This document shows, piece by piece, positions 49,455-59,495 of a stretch of DNA of 64,000 nucleotides (position 1 is the first letter of the stretch; each line of letters opens with the position of its first letter). The stretch lies in NCBI GenBank assembly GCA_963674965.2, contig CAXXFL010000004.1:128001-192000 (forward strand), in the 5' to 3' direction. The notes beneath the pieces were generated by a model. The model saw nothing but the letters and a program-made list of their open reading frames with translations. It searched no databases and was not told where the DNA came from. The stretch comes from a bacterium. Lineage in GTDB: Bacteria > RBG-13-61-14 > DATKZS01. The position numbers and the translations under genes were made by a program.

Positions 49455-51446
49455 ATGAACGATGCAAAACGAGAAGAGGTAAAAAAAGAGATAGTCTCCA
49501 TGGCGATCGAGGACAGGGTTTTCGAGGTGTCGAAAACGATCCAAAAGGACGCCTATATAAACTCCATGGCCCAATACGAGGCCATGTACAAGGAATCGCT
49601 GGAAAAGCCCGACGTCTTCTGGGGGCGTCTGGCCGAGCAGTTTTTATGCTGGGAAAAGAAATGGGACAAGGTCTTCGAGTGGGAGGACAAGGCCCAGGCG
49701 AAATTCAAGTGGTTCTCGGGAGGCAAGCTGAACGTTTCGGTCAACTGCCTGGACCGGCAGATCAAGACGTGGCGCAAGAACAAGGCCGCCCTTATCTGGG
49801 AGGGAGACGAGCCGGGGACCGACCGGACCCTGACCTATCTCGACCTGTACAGGGAGGTCAACAAGTTCGCCAACGTTCTTAAAAAGCACGGCGTGAAAAA
49901 AGGAGACAGGGTGGCCGTCTACCTGGGCATGATCCCCGAGCTGCCCATCACCATGCTGGCCTGCGCCCGGATCGGGGCCGTCCACAGCGTGGTTTTCGGC
50001 GGGTTTTCCGCGGACGCCTTGCGCGACCGAGTGCTCGACAGCCAGTGCAAGGCCCTGGTCACGGCGGACGCCGGCTACCGGGGTTCGAGGACCGTGCCCC
50101 TCAAGGCCGGCGCCGACGCGGCCCTCGAGGGGGCCAAGTGCGTGGAAAAGGTCATCGTGGTCAACCGGGCGAACCAGAAGGTGGCCATGAAGGAGGGACG
50201 CGACTTCTGGTGGCACGAGGAAATGAAAAAGGCCGAGCCCTTCTGCGAGCCCGAGGTCATGGACGCGGAGGACCCGCTTTTCATACTCTATACCTCAGGG
50301 TCCACGGGCAAACCCAAGGGGGTCCTCCACACCACGGCCGGGTACCTCCTCTACGTGGCCGCGACCCTCAAGTGGTGCTTCGACGTCAAGGACGAGGACA
50401 CCTGGTGGTGCACCGCCGACATCGGGTGGGTCACGGGACACAGCTACATCGTGTATGGCCCTCTTTGCATCGGGGCCACGTCGGTAATGTTCGAGGGGGT
50501 GCCCTCCTATCCCGACCCCGGCCGCTTCTGGGACGTGGCGCAAAAATTCCACGTCAACCAGTTCTATACCGCGCCCACCGCCATCAGGGCCCTGATGCGG
50601 GAGGGAAACGAGTGGCCCAGGAAGTACGACCTCTCCTCCATCCGCGTGCTGGGAAGCGTGGGCGAGCCCATCAACCCCGAGGCCTGGATGTGGTACCATG
50701 AGAATATCGGCCGCGATGACGTTCCCATCGTGGACACCTTCTGGCAGACCGAGACCGGTGGATTCGTCATCACGCCCCTGCCCGGGGCCATGAAGCTTAA
50801 GCCCGGCAGCGCCACGCGTCCCTTCTTCGGCGTGGAATGCGAGGTGCTCCGCAAGGATGGCTCGCGGTGCGGCGAGAACGAGGGCGGGTCACTGGTCATG
50901 CTTCGGCCCTGGCCCGGCCTTATGCGCACCGTATACGGGGACCATGAGCGCTTCATTCAGCAATACTGGCAAATGTTCCCCGGTAAATACAACACCGGCG
51001 ACGGCGCGCGCGTGGACAAGGACGGGTATTTCTGGCTGATGGGCCGCATAGACGACGTCATCAACGTCTCGGGCCACAGGCTGGGAACGGCCGAGGTCGA
51101 GTCCGCCCTCGTCGCCCATCCCTCGGTGGCCGAGTCGGCCGTGGTCGGAATGCCCCACGACTTGAAGGGCCAGGGCATCTACGCCTTCGTGACCCTCAAG
51201 ACCGGGGTTGCCCCCACTGAGGAACTGAAAAAGGAACTGGCCAAACACGTGAGAAAGGAAATAGGACCCATAGCCACGCCGGATAAAATACAGTTCGCCG
51301 ATGCTCTGCCCAAGACCAGGTCGGGCAAGATCATGCGGCGCATCCTCAGGAAGATAGCGGAAGGCAGGGTGGGGGAGCTGGGCGACACCACGACCCTGGC
51401 CGACCCCGCGGTGGTGGACGCCCTCGTGAAGGGGGCCGCCGATTGA
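49455..51446 (+). CDS. acs: Acetyl-CoA synthetase (AMP-forming)
   Basis: [55 protein letters not shown]. Confidence 0.97.
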   Translation: MNDAKREEVKKEIVSMAIEDRVFEVSKTIQKDAYINSMAQYEAMYKESLEKPDVFWGRLAEQFLCWEKKWDKVFEWEDKAQAKFKWFSGGKLNVSVNCLDRQIKTWRKNKAALIWEGDEPGTDRTLTYLDLYREVNKFANVLKKHGVKKGDRVAVYLGMIPELPITMLACARIGAVHSVVFGGFSADALRDRVLDSQCKALVTADAGYRGSRTVPLKAGADAALEGAKCVEKVIVVNRANQKVAMKEGRDFWWHEEMKKAEPFCEPEVMDAEDPLFILYTSGSTGKPKGVLHTTAGYLLYVAATLKWCFDVKDEDTWWCTADIGWVTGHSYIVYGPLCIGATSVMFEGVPSYPDPGRFWDVAQKFHVNQFYTAPTAIRALMREGNEWPRKYDLSSIRVLGSVGEPINPEAWMWYHENIGRDDVPIVDTFWQTETGGFVITPLPGAMKLKPGSATRPFFGVECEVLRKDGSRCGENEGGSLVMLRPWPGLMRTVYGDHERFIQQYWQMFPGKYNTGDGARVDKDGYFWLMGRIDDVINVSGHRLGTAEVESALVAHPSVAESAVVGMPHDLKGQGIYAFVTLKTGVAPTEELKKELAKHVRKEIGPIATPDKIQFADALPKTRSGKIMRRILRKIAEGRVGELGDTTTLADPAVVDALVKGAAD

Positions 51447-51472
51447 CCACCATCTCCGGGGAAGGGTGAAAT

Positions 51473-52609
51473 ATGCGCTCGGCCTTTATATATAATGAGC
51501 GGATGGGCGGCTTCAAGCTCGGGCGGGACCATCCTTACGATCCCGCCCGAATAACCAGGGTGTACGATCTGTGCCGCCGCCGCGGGCTTTTCAACCGGGA
51601 CGGCCTGAGGGTCGTCTCGCCCAGGCCCCTGGATATAAAAGACTTCTACGAGGTCCACGAGCCCGTGTACCTCGAGACCCTGATAACCGCCGACGAGTCC
51701 GGCTTCGAGCCGTGGATGCTGAAGTTCGGCCTGGGCACGGAGGACTGCCCGGTATTTCCGGGGCTTTTGGAGTTCCTCATGCTTTGCGCCGGGGCCACCA
51801 TCGAGGCGGGAACATGGGTGATGGACGCGGGATACGATTTCGCCTTCAACCCGCTGGGAGGTTTCCATCACGCGGGGCGGACCCAGGCCGAGGGGTTCTG
51901 TTACGTGAACGACGTCTGCCTGATCGCCCGCCGCTGGGCCGACCGCGGTTTCAGGGTGATGATCGTGGACGTGGACGCCCACCACGGCAACGGCGACCAG
52001 GACTTTTTTTACGACGATCCCCGCGTTTTCACCTTGAGCTTCCACGAGTCGGGCAAGACGCTTTATCCCTTTGGGGGAGAAGTCACCGAGATTGGAAGGG
52101 GACCGGGACTCGGGTATAACGTCAACGTGCCCATGCCGGCCGGAAGCGACGACGAAATATTCGACTTCGCCTTTAACGAGGTCTTTCCTCCCTTGATCGA
52201 GGCTTTCTCACCCGACGTCGCGATCGGAATCATGGGGGTAGATACCTTCGCGACCGATCCCCTTACCAACCTCAAGATGACCAACAACTCATACATCCGG
52301 GCGGCCAAAAAAATCCAGCGCCTGTCTCCCCGCTGGATAGCTCTCGGGGCCGGCGGATACAACATGGACAACGTGATTCGAAGCTGGACTCTTTTATGGG
52401 CCGCCGCGAACGGCCTGGACAAGGGAGACGACGCCATGGAGACCCTGGGAGGGACCTTCATGCGGGACATGGACCTTGGCGTCTCGAGCCTTCGCGACAT
52501 GGCCGCCAGGAACTCGGGTCCGGAAAAAACCGAAATATTCAGGCAAGTGAAAGAAGAGGTGGTATATATTAAAGATAAGGTCTTCCCCCTGGTGGGGGCG
52601 CTCGCGTAA
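51473..52609 (+). CDS. acuC: AcuC-like (class I HDAC) protein deacetylase
   Basis: HPY.P.R, GLGTEDCPVF, GGFHHA, GFCYVND, DVDAHHGNG, DPLT.L, GAGGY. Confidence 0.88.
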   Translation: MRSAFIYNERMGGFKLGRDHPYDPARITRVYDLCRRRGLFNRDGLRVVSPRPLDIKDFYEVHEPVYLETLITADESGFEPWMLKFGLGTEDCPVFPGLLEFLMLCAGATIEAGTWVMDAGYDFAFNPLGGFHHAGRTQAEGFCYVNDVCLIARRWADRGFRVMIVDVDAHHGNGDQDFFYDDPRVFTLSFHESGKTLYPFGGEVTEIGRGPGLGYNVNVPMPAGSDDEIFDFAFNEVFPPLIEAFSPDVAIGIMGVDTFATDPLTNLKMTNNSYIRAAKKIQRLSPRWIALGAGGYNMDNVIRSWTLLWAAANGLDKGDDAMETLGGTFMRDMDLGVSSLRDMAARNSGPEKTEIFRQVKEEVVYIKDKVFPLVGALA

Positions 52610-52613
52610 AAGG

Positions 52614-54521
52614 ATGAAGGAAAATGTCGCGCATCGGGAAAAGGTCCAGGAATCGAGCAAGGACTGGCGAGGCCAGTACGAGATGGCCAAAACCACGCCC
52701 GCGGAAGCCATCCGTAATATCAAGCGGGGCGACCGCATCTTCATCGGCACGGGCTGCGGCGAGCCCCAGGCCCTGGTCAAGGCCCTGATCGAGAGCCAGT
52801 CGGGCATAGAGGACGCCGAGATATTCCACCTTTTAAGCCTGGGAGTGGCCGCTTACACCGAGCCACGCTTCAACACTATTTTCCGGCACAACTCCTTTTT
52901 TATCGGGCCGGCCTCCAGGGAGGCGGTATGGGAAGGGCGAGCGGATTATATACCCATCATGCTCTCGGACATTCCCGGCCTCTTCCGGGAGGGAAGGCTC
53001 CCGATCGACGCCGCCCTTATCCAGGTGGCCCCGCCGGACAAGCACGGCTTCTGCCCCTACGGCGTGTCGGTGGATATTGTCAAGGCGGCGGCGGAGACGG
53101 CCGAGTTGGTGATAGCCCAGGTCAATCCGCTGATGCCGCGCACCCTGGGGGACAGCTACGTGCACGTCGGCGATATCGACCTGGTAGTGGAACTGGAGGA
53201 GCCCATACTCGAGTGGACCTATCCCAAACCCGAGGAGGTCCACCTGCAAGTGGCCAGGAACGTGGCCCGCCTGGTCACCGACGAGGCCACGCTCCAGATG
53301 GGCATCGGTACCATACCCAACGCCGTGCTCGGGTTCCTCAAGGACAGGCAAGACCTGGGAGTGCATACCGAGGTCTTCTCCGACGGGCTGATAGACCTCA
53401 TCGAGGCCGGGGCCGTTACCTGCGCCAAGAAGTCGATTCATCCAGGCATGATCGTCTCCTCCTTTTGCATGGGCACGAGGAAGCTCTACGACTATATCGA
53501 CGATAACCCCTTTTTCGAGTTCCATCCCACGGATTATTGCAACAACCCCTCGATCATCGCCCGAAACGACCGGCTCACCGCCATTAACGTGGCCCTCGAG
53601 GTCGATCTCACGGGCCAGGTCAACGCCGACTCCCTGGGCTTTCGCTTCTACTCCGGCATCGGGGGGCAGGCCGACTTCATACGAGGAGCGGCCCTCTCGA
53701 AAAAGGGAAAGCCCATTATCGCCATGCCCTCCACCACTTTGGACGGCAAGCACAGCCGCATAGTGCCCACCCTGACCGAGGGCTCGGGCGTGGTCACCAC
53801 CCGAGGCGACGTGCATTACGTGGTGACCGAGTACGGGTCCGCCTACCTGCATGGCAAGAACATACGGGACCGGGCCATGGCGCTTATAAGCATCGCCCAT
53901 CCCGACGTGAGGCACGACCTCATCCAGTTCGCCAAGCACAAGAAGTATATATATCCGGACGAGCTGATGCCTCTCGGACACGGCGTGGTCTATCCGGAGG
54001 AGCTGGAGACGGTATTCAAGACCAGGGAAAAGGGAGAAGTCTTCATCTGGCCGGTCAGGCCCGCGGACGAGAGCCGGGTAAGGGACATGTTCTACGAATT
54101 GTCCGAGCAGAGCGTTTACCTTCGCTTTTTCGGACAGGTCAAAACCATGCCTCACGAGAAGGCCCAGCTTATGGTCAACCTGGACTACCAGGACAAGATG
54201 GCCATCGGCGCCTACGTGGGCGAGCATCCGCAATTCAAAATGGTGGCGCTCGCCCAGTACGTTCGCGATCCCAATTCCAACATGGCCGAGCCCGCCGTCC
54301 TGGTTGACGACGCGTGGCACAACCAGGGACTGGGGCGCTTCCTGTTCCAGTATCTCATCCGCGTGGCCAGGCAAAAGGGAGTCGAGGGCTTCTACGCGGA
54401 GGTCCTGCCCGAGAACAAGGGCATGGCGCATATTATCGAAAACTGCGGATACAAAACCTCCACCAAAATCGAGGAAGACGTCTACTTCTATGAAATAAGG
54501 TTCGAAAAACCCGAGGAATAG
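52614..54521 (+). CDS. Acetyl-CoA hydrolase/CoA-transferase fused to C-terminal GNAT acetyltransferase
   Basis: LQMGIGTIP, LGVHTEVFSDG, DLTGQV, SGIGGQADF, VVTEYG; then LSEQSVYLRFF, AEPAVLV...QGLG, EVLPEN..M. Confidence 0.92.
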   Translation: MKENVAHREKVQESSKDWRGQYEMAKTTPAEAIRNIKRGDRIFIGTGCGEPQALVKALIESQSGIEDAEIFHLLSLGVAAYTEPRFNTIFRHNSFFIGPASREAVWEGRADYIPIMLSDIPGLFREGRLPIDAALIQVAPPDKHGFCPYGVSVDIVKAAAETAELVIAQVNPLMPRTLGDSYVHVGDIDLVVELEEPILEWTYPKPEEVHLQVARNVARLVTDEATLQMGIGTIPNAVLGFLKDRQDLGVHTEVFSDGLIDLIEAGAVTCAKKSIHPGMIVSSFCMGTRKLYDYIDDNPFFEFHPTDYCNNPSIIARNDRLTAINVALEVDLTGQVNADSLGFRFYSGIGGQADFIRGAALSKKGKPIIAMPSTTLDGKHSRIVPTLTEGSGVVTTRGDVHYVVTEYGSAYLHGKNIRDRAMALISIAHPDVRHDLIQFAKHKKYIYPDELMPLGHGVVYPEELETVFKTREKGEVFIWPVRPADESRVRDMFYELSEQSVYLRFFGQVKTMPHEKAQLMVNLDYQDKMAIGAYVGEHPQFKMVALAQYVRDPNSNMAEPAVLVDDAWHNQGLGRFLFQYLIRVARQKGVEGFYAEVLPENKGMAHIIENCGYKTSTKIEEDVYFYEIRFEKPEE

Positions 54522-54750
54522 CCGGGAAAGACCGAAGAAGCGCTCGCAAATAAAGCGCTCATTTCACTTTGCCAAGAGCGTCGACTAACGCTCGAAATAA
54601 AACAGCCTCATCGAAAGGTCCGAATATTATTCCAGGCAATTGGATGCTTTTCTTCATCAAAGTAGTTTCCGGGGCGGGCCGCCGTTTGTCCGCCGTCTGG
54701 CCGACCTGATATAATCGGACTTGATAAAAGGAGGGATAAGGGGCGGACGA

Positions 54751-55278
54751 ATGAAGAAGATAGGCGCCAAAGGGCAGAGGTGGCTTAAAGGTTTTCACCT
54801 GGCGGCGGTGAGCTCATGGGTGGGAGGAGCGGTTTCCCTGCTGTCCCTGTATTTCCTCAAGGACGGGGTCCATGACGCGGGCGTACTGTATGGAATCAAC
54901 CAAAGCGTCCACCACGTGGACATGATGGTGGTGGTCATTCCGGGGGCTTTCGGCTGCCTGATCACGGGCCTTCTTTACGGCGTCTTTACCAGGTGGGGAT
55001 TTTTCCGGCACGGCTGGCTTATATACAAATGGGCCATAACCGTCCTCGCCATACTTTTCGGGACCTTTTTTCTGGGGCCATGGGAAACGCGGATGATGGA
55101 AATCTCGGGCAAGCTCGGCATGGCCGCTCTCGAGAACGGAGAATATCTTTACAACCAGCGCATGAACCTCATCTTCGGCGCCGTCCAGACCATGGTCCTT
55201 GTGGTCACGATCTTTATTTCCATTTTTAAGCCATGGAAAAACATCGGCACAAAACAAAAAAACAATTCGCCCGATTGA
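54751..55278 (+). CDS. DUF2269-like membrane protein
   Basis: KGFHL....WVGG, ITG, WGFFRH.W...KW, ISIFKPW. Confidence 0.75.
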   Translation: MKKIGAKGQRWLKGFHLAAVSSWVGGAVSLLSLYFLKDGVHDAGVLYGINQSVHHVDMMVVVIPGAFGCLITGLLYGVFTRWGFFRHGWLIYKWAITVLAILFGTFFLGPWETRMMEISGKLGMAALENGEYLYNQRMNLIFGAVQTMVLVVTIFISIFKPWKNIGTKQKNNSPD

Positions 55279-55295
55279 CTTTTATGGAGGAAAAG

Positions 55296-56837
55296 ATGCC
55301 CCGTACTTTACAAGCAGCCGCTCTTTTGGCCGTTATTTTATTGCTTGCCGCCGCCGGCTTCGGGATTGATAAGAGTCGGGACGAGCCCTTTTCCATGCCC
55401 GAGGTGCAAAAACCAGCCTTTCAGGACCGGGATTTTAACGTCGTCGATTTCGGCGCGACGCCCGGCGGCAAAACGAAAAACACGCGGGCCTTCTCGCGGG
55501 CCATCCAGGCTTGCGTGGACGCGGGCGGCGGACGCGTGGTGGTTCCCCCCGGCAAATGGCTGTCGGGACCCATTCACCTCGAGAGCAAGGTGAACCTCCA
55601 TCTTGAAAAAGGAGCCACCATCTTATTCAGCTCCGATCCAGACGATTATCTGCCCCCCGTCTTCACCAGGTGGGAGGGAGTCGAGTGCTACAATTACTCA
55701 GCCCTTGTCTACGCCAACGGGGCCGAGAACGTGGCCATAACCGGGGAGGGGACGCTGGACGGACAAGGGGTGAATTGGTGGCCATGGAAAGCTAAGCAAA
55801 AAGAGGCCGTTAGGCGCCTTTACGAGCAGGGCGCCCGGGACGTTCCAGTAAAAGAGAGGATATTCGGAACCAAAGAGGACGCCCTTCGGCCCTCCCTGGT
55901 CCAATTCATTAACTGCAAAAAAGTTTTGCTCGAGGGCGTGACCACCAAGGACTCTCCCTTTTGGACGAACCATTTCGTCTACTGCGAGAACGTGACGGTC
56001 AGGGGAATCACGGTCCTGGCCCCGAGCTGGTCGCCCAACACGGACGGAATCAACCTGGACTCGACGCGAAACGCCGCGGTCAGCGGCGCCTATATATCGG
56101 TAGGAGACGACGCGGTGTGCGTCAAGTCGGGCCGTAACCGGGACGGAATCCGAGTGGGCGTTCCCACCAGAAACGTCCTTATCGAGAAGGTCACGGTGGA
56201 CAAGGCCCATGGCGGCTTCGTGGTGGGAAGCGAGACCTCGGGGGGCATCGAGAACGTCATGGCCCGGGGCAGCCGATATCTCGATAGCGCCAGAGGGGTA
56301 AGAATTAAATCCAAGCGCGGCCGGGGAGGGTACGTAAGGAACGTCTTCGTGGAGGACACGGTGATTGAAAAGGCCTCGGAGAAGGCCATCGAGATTACGA
56401 TGAACTATTCATTTTCCTACGGGGAAATGTCCGAGGCCGTTCCCCTGTTCGAAAACATCCGGATAAACGGTCTGCGTTGCGGCCTGGCCGGAAAAGCCGC
56501 GGAGGTAGTGGGACTTGCCGACTCGAAAATAATAGGTCTAACTCTTTCCAATATCGAGATTAATTCCGCGCGGGGAATGAATATTTCCGAGACGGGCGGC
56601 CTTACTCTTGACAATGTTAAAGTTAATCGGGCGCTGGGTCCGGCTATCACCCTGGAGAACTGTGAGAACGCGGTGATCAGGAATGGTACTTTTTTTACCG
56701 CTTCCGAATATCTGAGAGTCACGGGACCGTCGAGCGCGAATATCCGGGTAATCGCCCTCGACGAGACGCGGGCGAAGAAAGCCATCTCTCAGGGAAAATC
56801 CACGCCCAAGGAGGCCGTAATCATTACAAAACCCTGA
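55296..56837 (+). CDS. Secreted GH28 (exo-)polygalacturonase
   Basis: Signal peptide, NTDG, GDD, AHGG, RIK. Confidence 0.93.
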   Translation: MPRTLQAAALLAVILLLAAAGFGIDKSRDEPFSMPEVQKPAFQDRDFNVVDFGATPGGKTKNTRAFSRAIQACVDAGGGRVVVPPGKWLSGPIHLESKVNLHLEKGATILFSSDPDDYLPPVFTRWEGVECYNYSALVYANGAENVAITGEGTLDGQGVNWWPWKAKQKEAVRRLYEQGARDVPVKERIFGTKEDALRPSLVQFINCKKVLLEGVTTKDSPFWTNHFVYCENVTVRGITVLAPSWSPNTDGINLDSTRNAAVSGAYISVGDDAVCVKSGRNRDGIRVGVPTRNVLIEKVTVDKAHGGFVVGSETSGGIENVMARGSRYLDSARGVRIKSKRGRGGYVRNVFVEDTVIEKASEKAIEITMNYSFSYGEMSEAVPLFENIRINGLRCGLAGKAAEVVGLADSKIIGLTLSNIEINSARGMNISETGGLTLDNVKVNRALGPAITLENCENAVIRNGTFFTASEYLRVTGPSSANIRVIALDETRAKKAISQGKSTPKEAVIITKP

Positions 56838-56972
56838 AAAGAGAGCCGGAGGGAAGATAAACGGCGTTTGTTTGGAAACGTATTTACCATTGTCCATTGA
56901 CTCGATCTCCCTTTACATTAACGCGGCGCTCATGATAAAATTCATAGTCTTAAAAACTCCGAGGAGGCGATA

Positions 56973-57845
56973 ATGTTTAGGGGAATATTTACCGCTTTGG
57001 TAACTCCGCTCAAAGACGGAAAGATTGACGAGGAATGCCTGGGCAATCTCGTCGATTGGCAGATAGATAATGGCATACACGGCCTGGTACCCTCGGGCAC
57101 CACCGGCGAAAGCGCGACCTTGAGCCACGAGGAGCACGGACAGGTCATCGACATCGTGGTCAAACGGGCGGCGGGAAGGGTACCCGTCGTCGCCGGCACC
57201 GGCAGCAACAGCACCTGGGAGGCCATCGAGCTGACCAAGCACGCCAAGGAGGCCGGGGCCGACGCTTCCCTCCAGATAACGCCCTACTATAACCGCCCGA
57301 CCCAGGAGGGACTTTACCGGCACTTCGAGGCCGTGGCCAAGGAAGTGGACATCCCCATAATCCTTTACAACGTGCCGGGCCGAACGGGCGTGAATATGCA
57401 GCCCGAAACGGTGGCCCGCCTCTCGAAGATCGATAACATAGTGGGACTTAAGGACGCGGCCGGCAGCGTCAAGCAGACCCTGGACACGGTTACCGCCTGC
57501 GGCGACAACTTCGCCGTCTTGTCGGGGGACGACTTCGCGAACCTCAGCGTGCTGGTCTCGGGAGGAACGGGCGCGATTTCGGTCTCCGCCAACGTGGCCC
57601 CCCGGCCACTGGTGGATTTCTACCAGGCCTGGGAGGCGGGCGAAATTAAAAAAGCGTGCGAGGCTCAAAGAAAACTGCACGAGCTCAACCGCTGCATGTT
57701 CCTCGAGACCAACCCCATTCCCGTCAAGTACGCGGTCCATCTTCTCGGGCTTTGCGGGGACGAGATTCGGCCGCCCATGACCGTACTGGACGAGAAATTC
57801 AGGCCCAGGCTCAAACAGGCCCTGCAAGAACTTGGACTCATGTGA
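56973..57845 (+). CDS. dapA: 4-hydroxy-tetrahydrodipicolinate synthase
   Basis: GTTGES, PYYN, LYNVPGRT, GLKDA, SGDD, ETNPIPVK. Confidence 0.97.
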   Translation: MFRGIFTALVTPLKDGKIDEECLGNLVDWQIDNGIHGLVPSGTTGESATLSHEEHGQVIDIVVKRAAGRVPVVAGTGSNSTWEAIELTKHAKEAGADASLQITPYYNRPTQEGLYRHFEAVAKEVDIPIILYNVPGRTGVNMQPETVARLSKIDNIVGLKDAAGSVKQTLDTVTACGDNFAVLSGDDFANLSVLVSGGTGAISVSANVAPRPLVDFYQAWEAGEIKKACEAQRKLHELNRCMFLETNPIPVKYAVHLLGLCGDEIRPPMTVLDEKFRPRLKQALQELGLM

Positions 57846-58663
57846 TGGGCACTCCCGTTAAAGTAGTCATTACCGGCGCGGCCGGCAGGATGGGCAGGAT
57901 GCTGGTCTCGGCGGCATGCGCTTTCGAGGGGACCAAGGTGGGCGGCGCGACCGAGATTCCCGGCCACAAGATGATAGGCGAGGACGCCGGGACCCTGGCG
58001 GGTCAGGGCGAATTGGGAGTCAAGATCGTTCCCGATCTTAAAATTGCGCTCGAGGGGGCCGACGTGGTCGTGGATTTTACTTCCATCGAGTCGAGCCCCA
58101 TTCACGCCGGGATTTGCGCCGAGGCCCGCGTGCCCATAGTGATCGGGACCACGGGCCTGCCCGAGAAGTCGCGCGAGGAGATAGCGGGCCTGGCCGGCGC
58201 CATACCCATCGTTATGACGCCCAACATGAGCGTGGGAGTGAACCTTCTTTTCCACCTGGTGGACAAGGTGGCCGGGATATTGGGCGAGGGCTTCGACGTC
58301 GAGATCGTCGAGACTCACCACCGGATGAAAAAGGACTCGCCCTCGGGCACGGCCTGCCGGCTGGGCGAGATCGCGGCGGCGGCGCGGGGCTATTCCTATC
58401 CCGAGGACGTAAGGTTCGAAAGGCATGGCATAATTGGCGAGCGTCCCGTTCGCCAGATAGGCATACAGACCTTAAGGGGCGGAGACGTGGTAGGCGAGCA
58501 TACGGTCATGTTCGCGGGAGAGGGGGAGAGGATCGAGCTGATCCACAGGGCCCACGGCAGGAACACCTTCGCCATGGGCGCCATGAGGGCGGCCGTTTGG
58601 GTCGCCTCGAGAGGACCGGGGCTCTACGACATGAGCGACGTCTTGGGCCTGAAAGAACTCTGA
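57845..58663 (+). CDS. dapB: 4-hydroxy-tetrahydrodipicolinate reductase
   Basis: GAAGRMG, DFT, GTTG, ETHHRMKKDSPSGTA, RGGDVVGEH; TGATG overlap with dapA. Confidence 0.97.
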   Translation: MGTPVKVVITGAAGRMGRMLVSAACAFEGTKVGGATEIPGHKMIGEDAGTLAGQGELGVKIVPDLKIALEGADVVVDFTSIESSPIHAGICAEARVPIVIGTTGLPEKSREEIAGLAGAIPIVMTPNMSVGVNLLFHLVDKVAGILGEGFDVEIVETHHRMKKDSPSGTACRLGEIAAAARGYSYPEDVRFERHGIIGERPVRQIGIQTLRGGDVVGEHTVMFAGEGERIELIHRAHGRNTFAMGAMRAAVWVASRGPGLYDMSDVLGLKEL

Positions 58664-58693
58664 AGGTTTTTCCGGAATTCCGGGAGTTCATGC

Positions 58694-59479
58694 ATGGAAG
58701 AAAAACCGCGATTCTCGGCGCGAATAAAATCAATACTTTTATTCTTGGCGATACTCTTGTTCTCTTTTCCCGCCGGGTCTCGCCAGCCCATCGAGCTTTC
58801 CTATAACTGGAGAGTCGGACAGCGCCTCGAGTACTCCATGTACGTGGTGGGAAACGTTACCGACTCGGCCTCGGGAAGAAGAGATATAAGGATCGAGTTC
58901 GACGATAAATGGGAAGTGATCAAGGCGGCCGACGACCGCGGATACTTCACCGTATCGGAAAAGGCGTATAACTTCAGGGGAGAGGACTTTGACCTCGCCA
59001 GCTTCGCCGTCCCTCCTCGCGACTCGGGAATCGAAAGGCTCATAGACCGGCTCGGAAGAGTCGACGCCATCCAGGGCGTGTCTTACGGCGCAAGGTACAG
59101 GATACTGCCCCTCATGATGCCCGAAACGCCCATCGCGGCCCAGGAAAAATGGGTGGTCAATAAAGACCTGGACCTGCCTTTGCTGAATGAAAAGGTTACC
59201 GGCAAGCTGGCCACCGTGTACACCTTCGTGGACGTCTACCCGAATTACAAGATGCGCGGACGAGACTGCGCCCGGATCAAGGTCGAGGCGAACTATCAAT
59301 ACGAGTCGCCCGACGGGGACAAGGGAGTAGTGGGAAGGTTCCATGGACGCCTCTTCTTCGACCTGATCGAGAGGAGGGTCGTCGATTACGAGATCACCGA
59401 GCAGAGAAACGAGTTCGTGAGGTCGCTGGGAGCTCAGCGGACCACCAACCTCCAGGTAACGGCCATAAGCGACAATTGA
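58694..59479 (+). CDS. Hypothetical exported beta-rich protein
   Basis: Signal-like N-terminus, clean ORF following dapB. Confidence 0.65.
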   Translation: MEEKPRFSARIKSILLFLAILLFSFPAGSRQPIELSYNWRVGQRLEYSMYVVGNVTDSASGRRDIRIEFDDKWEVIKAADDRGYFTVSEKAYNFRGEDFDLASFAVPPRDSGIERLIDRLGRVDAIQGVSYGARYRILPLMMPETPIAAQEKWVVNKDLDLPLLNEKVTGKLATVYTFVDVYPNYKMRGRDCARIKVEANYQYESPDGDKGVVGRFHGRLFFDLIERRVVDYEITEQRNEFVRSLGAQRTTNLQVTAISDN

Positions 59480-59495
59480 ACCCGGCCGCCGGAGG

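Noticed and set aside
54538-54601. Short repeated CGCTC(G)..AAATAAA motifs after the GNAT fusion
   Set aside because: Too short and irregular to call; may be part of a terminator or operator.
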